Positions 60,957 through 64,000 of a DNA stretch of 64,000 nucleotides are shown one piece after another. Location of the stretch: the NCBI GenBank assembly GCA_043228905.1, contig JBHGNT010000011.1:11470001-11534000 (forward strand), given 5' to 3'. Every line of letters begins with the position of its first letter. The first letter of the stretch is position 1. The translations under genes were made by a program, and so were the position numbers. Under the pieces are notes generated by a model. That model saw only the letters and a list, made by a program, of their open reading frames with translations. It searched no databases and had not been told where the DNA came from. The stretch is from Azolla caroliniana. Lineage: Eukaryota; Plantae; Polypodiophyta.

Positions 60957-63900
60957 TGTTAACTCTTAGGGCCGGACAATGGCCTAACACAGGGTGTCTA
61001 CGGAAGACACTTCACCAAAGGGGTGTTACGGCAATAGGATTAGACTCAACGATTAATCCGACTTAATTAGGCTACTTAGCAAGATCGTCCTTAATAATCA
61101 CACGCGTAAGATATAACAATGAATGCAGAACGGCAATTAACACAGAGAGATAAAAAACACTAAGCTTCATTAATTATCCGCCTCTCATTACATTATATCC
61201 GGGCCTTTAAATAGGTTTCCGGTCTGTAGTACAAAACGGTGCCATCCGCACCTGTTCGGGATCGGTCCGGATCCGGAACGGCATACCAATTCCGGTCCGT
61301 CCGTCCACACTCATAGCTTACTTACAACCATTCCTAATAATTAATTAACTCCTTCGTTGCACACTCATAGCTTCTTTGCCAGCCAGTAACACATGGCACG
61401 CCCGTGGGACAGTACCTTGTACGTCGAATCCACCATCCGACCCTTGCTATTCTTCGTCCAAAATATCCATAATGCTTTGTTCGAGAGTCTCCAATGGTTC
61501 ATCTGGAATTTGTTGTTGTTGTTGTTGTGGTTGTTGCTGCTGCTGTTGTTGCTCTGTTGATGGTTGTTGCGACTGGTCCTTTGATGGCTGTTGCGGCTGC
61601 TCCTCCGTTTGTTGCTCTGACACCGGCGTTTCCGTCGTTACTCCCTCCGTCGTAGTGGTCTCCGGTTGACTGGTTCCGGCTTGGCCCTCGGCCGGCGACG
61701 GTTCCTCATCACTAAGAAGGTTAACCGTTGTCGCTTCCCGTGCTTTTTCTTCCCGAACCCGGGACCGCTCGTAGCTTTCAAACTGGATTTGAGCGTCCAG
61801 CCTATCATCGTCTAGCTGAGCTACGAGTTGTCGGACCTGCGCCAGCTGTTCATCCGCCAGGACTTGGAAGTCTTCGGCCAGCTCGTCCCGTATGGCGGTG
61901 AAGTCCTTGGAAGTCAACCTGTAACAATCATCTCCTTCCTTCCGCCGGTTTGCCACGTCTGCCCTTAGCAATTGGAGTTTCGCCGCATTTTGTGCCCACT
62001 TTGTCCACCATCTTACGGAGCTTTCGTCAATCAAGCGTTTTGTCTGATTTAGCCATGCCCGGAGGATGCACTGAATCCGGCCCATTCCCAATTGCGATTT
62101 GATCTCCGCCGCTTGTCGTTCCTCCTTCAGTTGCTTGATGATTTTGACGTTGTCTTCCCCCTGCTCCTTGTAATGCGTCAATTGCCTTTGATATGTGCTT
62201 TGTAATTTTTGCAATACCGTTGACGCTCTCTCCTTTTCTTCCTGCTGCTGCCTCTAGAGATCCATCCGGACCTTCTCCGCCTCGTCCAACCGTCTTGTAT
62301 TTTCTGCACGTTCGTCGGCGATCGCCGTCGCGGCCCGATCAACTTCCTGCTGGAGTTCGGCCATCCGTTCCTTATGCTCCGTTTCCAGCCGTTTGAAGTC
62401 TCGGTGCAGGTGCTCAAAATCATCTGCCTTTTGCTTGAGCCGTGCGTTGATCTGTCGACGGGCCCGGTCCTCGCAGTCCTCGTGGTCCTTCTGCTGGCGG
62501 AGCTCTTCCTTTAGCCGTTCAATTTCCGTTTCCGTCGTCTTCCGCAGCTTGTCCTTTTCCTGCAGCACTTTGTCTTTTTCCTCCCTTAGCCGGTCGTACG
62601 CTTGATGGCCTTTCCGGAGGCTCTCCTCTGCCCGGCGGAGGTTCTCAGTAGTCTTCTTTAATTCTGCTTCGGCCGCTGTCTTCAATTCCCGTTCCCGGCT
62701 CCTTAGCGCTTCTTGTGCGGCAAGTTCATCTCTCAATTCCGCAAGCTCTTGGGCTTGCGCCGCATCTCTCTCTGGAACGGTTTCCGTTGCCGAGGTCTTA
62801 TTGGTATGTACAGGTTGATCTGTTTCTTTATTCTATACACTTACCGGAGTCACCGGTGATTGGATTTGTGTTGCCGTTAAGGCCATTTTGGCCATCTCTA
62901 CCATGACCTAATCCAAGTCTTTTTCAAGGCACCGGATTCTGGACCGGGCCGTCTCTAGTTGTTCGGTTGTGACAAGCAACCGTTCGCTTTGCGCTCTTTC
63001 TTCCGCCTCAATATACCCCACTGCTCCGGCAATCTGTTCGCCTATCCACCGGAGCCACAGGCTACCGATGCATTGTTGTTGTGCTTGCACAGAGGTTTGA
63101 CAGATATGCTCGCTTGTAGATGGGTGGTCTCGCCTGATTGTGCCGAGTTGCAATTCTGTTTCTGCCCGTGGACCACCCTGTTGTCCTGGTTCCCCTTGCG
63201 CTTCTTCTTGGTTGGCCGAGGGAGGCTGTATTGACCTTTCCGGCTCTGGCGGAATGGGACTTGCCGGTGCTGCCGGTGGTGCAGGGGCTTCTAATTCCGG
63301 TGTCGTGCGCACCGGTTCCGATTCCTCCCTTGGCGTGGGAGTCTCAGTATGGGGAGCCGGTGTTCCCTCCATCTGAGGGTTCGAACGTTTCCCGGCTGCC
63401 TCAACAGTCCTTGCCGACGACCGTCGCTGGAGGTGCTCCATAGGCTCCTCCTCTATTTCCTCTTCCTGAGTCCCGACATTGAGTTTTGCCGCCAAGGGGT
63501 CCGCTTCTCTATTCACCGGTCGACGGAGTGTAACCTTTACGGGCCATAGCGGTGGTTCCTCCTGCGCATCTGTTGGCCGCTTCCGGCTGGCGCTCTCCTT
63601 TCCCGCCTGTTCTGCGTCCGCCGCCTTCCCCTTAGTGGCCTTAGAAGCCAACAGTTGTTGTCTTTTGGAAGCCGTCTTTGGGGTGCCGTACGCCACTCTT
63701 CCCCGCTTCTTGGGCTCGACGGGCTCAACGGGTGGCACAAGCAAGGTGAGCCACTGCGTTACTGTGTGCCATATCCTCCGTCCTTCTCAGCCTTCTTGGC
63801 CGTCTTTTCCTCTGACGATCTCGATCTCCGCACACAAACCGTCTGCGATCAATACCGGCCAATCCACCTTGATCCCTTCATAGGTGGCGATGATCATCCC

Positions 63901-64000
63901 TGCCCGGTTCTGTGGCATGACAGGGGGTCTGGGGTACACATGGCCGTATTCGTGGAGCACACGGGCAATCTCGCGGAACAGCATATCTCCGCCGCCCTGT
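60957..64000 (-). mobile_element. Element A': diverged A-family copy; 3' LTR 60957-61391 plus disrupted extra ORF running off the window
   Basis: ORF pieces 63984-63787, 63744-62908, 62736-62254 and 62214-61447 align in order with the A extra ORF (e.g. FREIARVLHEY, EAEER, WWTKWA, RRKEGDDCY); LTR homologous to 9116-9534. Confidence 0.93.

Overview
The whole window is a heterochromatin-type pile-up of LTR retrotransposons; I find no host gene. The lineages present (Tcn1-like chromovirus, non-chromoviral Athila/Phygy-like gypsy, Ale- and Tork-like copia) suggest a non-seed land plant, which is inference. I resolve about 15 elements or fragments. One copia (12672-18237) is intact and very young. 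A six-level nest spans 33.7-60.7 kb and is supported by target-site duplications (TSDs). Most interesting: (1) a gypsy lineage (E, H, solo LTR I) with a tRNA-Trp PBS, short CG-containing TSDs, and a GGAUUUU -1 frameshift plus a covarying pseudoknot between gag-protease and RT; (2) a gypsy family (A, A') with a conserved ~900-aa extra 3' ORF and an invariant 34-nt non-purine element where the PPT is expected; (3) an exact inverted copy of A's integrase sequence fused to A's PBS at the window start; (4) a Tcn1-like chromovirus (J) with a Tf1-type self-priming PBS, a tRNA-like A/B-box module in its LTR and a family-specific TAGTACTA motif. Coordinates were read by eye and may be off by a few bases.
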